This document shows, piece by piece, positions 62,161 through 64,000 of a DNA stretch of 64,000 bases (the first letter of the stretch is position 1; every line of letters starts with the position of its first letter). Source of the DNA: Nemertoderma westbladi (taxonomy: Eukaryota; Animalia; Xenacoelomorpha); contig JAUCBJ010006610.1 in NCBI GenBank assembly GCA_032718475.1, positions 62,001 through 126,000 on the forward strand, in the 5' to 3' direction. The position numbers and the translations under genes were made by a program. Below the pieces are notes generated by a model. That model was not told the DNA's origin and searched no databases. It saw only the letters and a list, made by a program, of their open reading frames with translations.

Positions 62161-64000
62161 GATAATGGGTCGGCACAGATGAAATAAGGCTGGAGATATA
62201 TCCGCCTATGCATCTGTATCCGTAGTATTTTCTCTGCGAGCAGTTCGATTTAGACATTTTACATTTAAATTTGCATTGGTTATTATCTGAATTTCTAAAC
62301 AGTTGTAATGCAATGATGATGGTTAATGATGGTGGTTGATGATGGTTAATGATGGTGGTTGATGATGGTTAATCAAAACTTTTTCTACATGAAATGAGAT
62401 TCAGGACATTACGTTACAGTGGCATGTTTAAGTTATATTTTTAGGATTATTCAGCTGTTATTTGGGTCAAAATTTTTCCTCGGAGGGTGATGAATCTCAT
62501 TCAGTCCAGAGTACCATCCCCCCCCCCCCCCATCCATGGGATAGGCAATGTCTATAAATGTACTATTGAATTTCTGAGATAGGGAGGGGGGGGGAGGGGG
62601 GGGGGGGGACTGGACGCAAATCCCACCTTGGCGATTTTATATCCCGCCTCCATGTTAAATTCTCAATTTAGGGAAAGGAGCAGGTTACAGTGGCACATTA
62701 TTTTAACCAAAACAATAAACTAAACACAATAGAACAGGTTGTAGTTTTATTTTTGAGAGTAATAACTGTTATTTGCGTCCAATTTCCCCTGGAAATGGAC
62801 GAATTTTTATTGCGTCCGGCCCCCCCCCCCCCCTCCCCCTATCTGGATTTTCTAGATAAGGAGGAGTCTTGACGTAATACAAATGGAAAAATGAAAATCC
62901 ATCCCAGCGAAAATCGACGCAAATAAAAGCTGATTGATTACTTACACAAATTCAAATTTAATCTGTACTATTGACTTCGGTTTATTGTTTTGATTAGAAT
63001 ATATATGGAATATCGTCCTACTGTACTGTCACCTGCACCTTTCCCTTAATTGAAAATTTAACTTTGCGACAAGATATTAATTCGTCGTGTTGTCGATGTA
63101 AAGGTCCAGATGGGGAATAAAGACAATTATTTTACTGAGAAATCATGTCCGGAATCTTGTATAAGGAAACATGAATCGTGTTAGGATTCCGGCTGAATAT
63201 CAATTTTGCATTAATGATTTTTAATAAAAGTTGGAGTAATTTACCGAAATAGACCTATAGAAAACAAAATTATTACATTGACTTTTAAAGAATAGACATC
63301 AAAACCTATGGCAAAAATAACAACCAACAACCACAATATACACAAAGGGGAAGTAATAATTACTGAAACTATAATAGATAAAATTCATCAGGTAAAAATT
63401 ATATGACCAGAATTAGAGACACGAAACCACACATTTTCTAATAAGAAGACGGGCTCCAACTGAAACAATTGTGTATACGAACAATATGAGAAAACTAATC
63501 GGCTCCATAATGCAATAATATCTAGAATACCCAAACACATTACTGCTTTTATCATAAATGTGCTACCATAGTACTTATTTTTATTCCTATACAAGGATAA
63601 ATGACACATGTAAAAGGAATGGTAATTAATTATTCGGTAGAAATAAATATTAAATATATCTACTGTAAACCATCATGTATAATAAATTAATTTTCAGGAC
63701 AGCCCCCATTGCCTTTTTCCTTCACAGCGCAGCGCCATCTTGCTTGCAGGGGATTATCAATGGATCTAATCTCCAGTTCGCTATTATCGAGAGATCTTTT
63801 TCCCTCTCAAATCGGTTAATTATTCCGCTATTTTATTCACTTACAATTAGGATAATCTTTACATTCTATCTTTATCTATTTCCCCAATCCCCCCAATTAG
63901 ACTGTTATGAAGATCTTCTTGGTCTCCAAAATAGACACATGTCTCCATATTGCCTCTTTATATTAAACATAAATTATATATAATTCTTTAAAAATCTCGT

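Noticed and set aside
63388-63983. ORFs 63388-63609 (-) and 63675-63983 (+) as exons
   Set aside because: Splice-like sites exist but no recognisable motif or phase-consistent partner was found; not supportable.

Overview
Repeat-rich animal genomic DNA, probably a marine invertebrate (spliceosomal introns, collagen exons; the taxon cannot be fixed from sequence). The host genes are four short + strand exons of an interrupted collagen (13635-29635), an intronless Golgi-type carbohydrate sulfotransferase nested antisense in one collagen intron (17182-18258), and possibly two exons of an unknown - strand gene near 58.7-59.1 kb. Most of the window is nested transposons. Two related BEL/Pao LTR retrotransposons lie on the - strand: a degenerate copy running off the left edge (1-13012) and a complete 18.9-kb copy (31482-50403, GGCAG target duplication, LTRs about 99% identical) that splits an RTE-type LINE. 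Also present are a 1.7-kb integrase-only Gypsy-type LTR element, MULE/foldback/Harbinger/piggyBac-like non-autonomous elements, LINE, SINE, pogo and CRE-like remnants, and a 5.8-kb satellite. Most notable: neither BEL element has a tRNA-type (TGG...) primer-binding site. In each, the bases next to the 5' LTR are complementary to an internal LTR segment (13/13 and 10/10 with one G:U, different sequences in the two elements), suggesting Tf1-like self-priming. The complete element also carries two intact non-env accessory ORFs, including a 591-aa protein with three CCHC zinc fingers. All calls were made by eye, without database searches.
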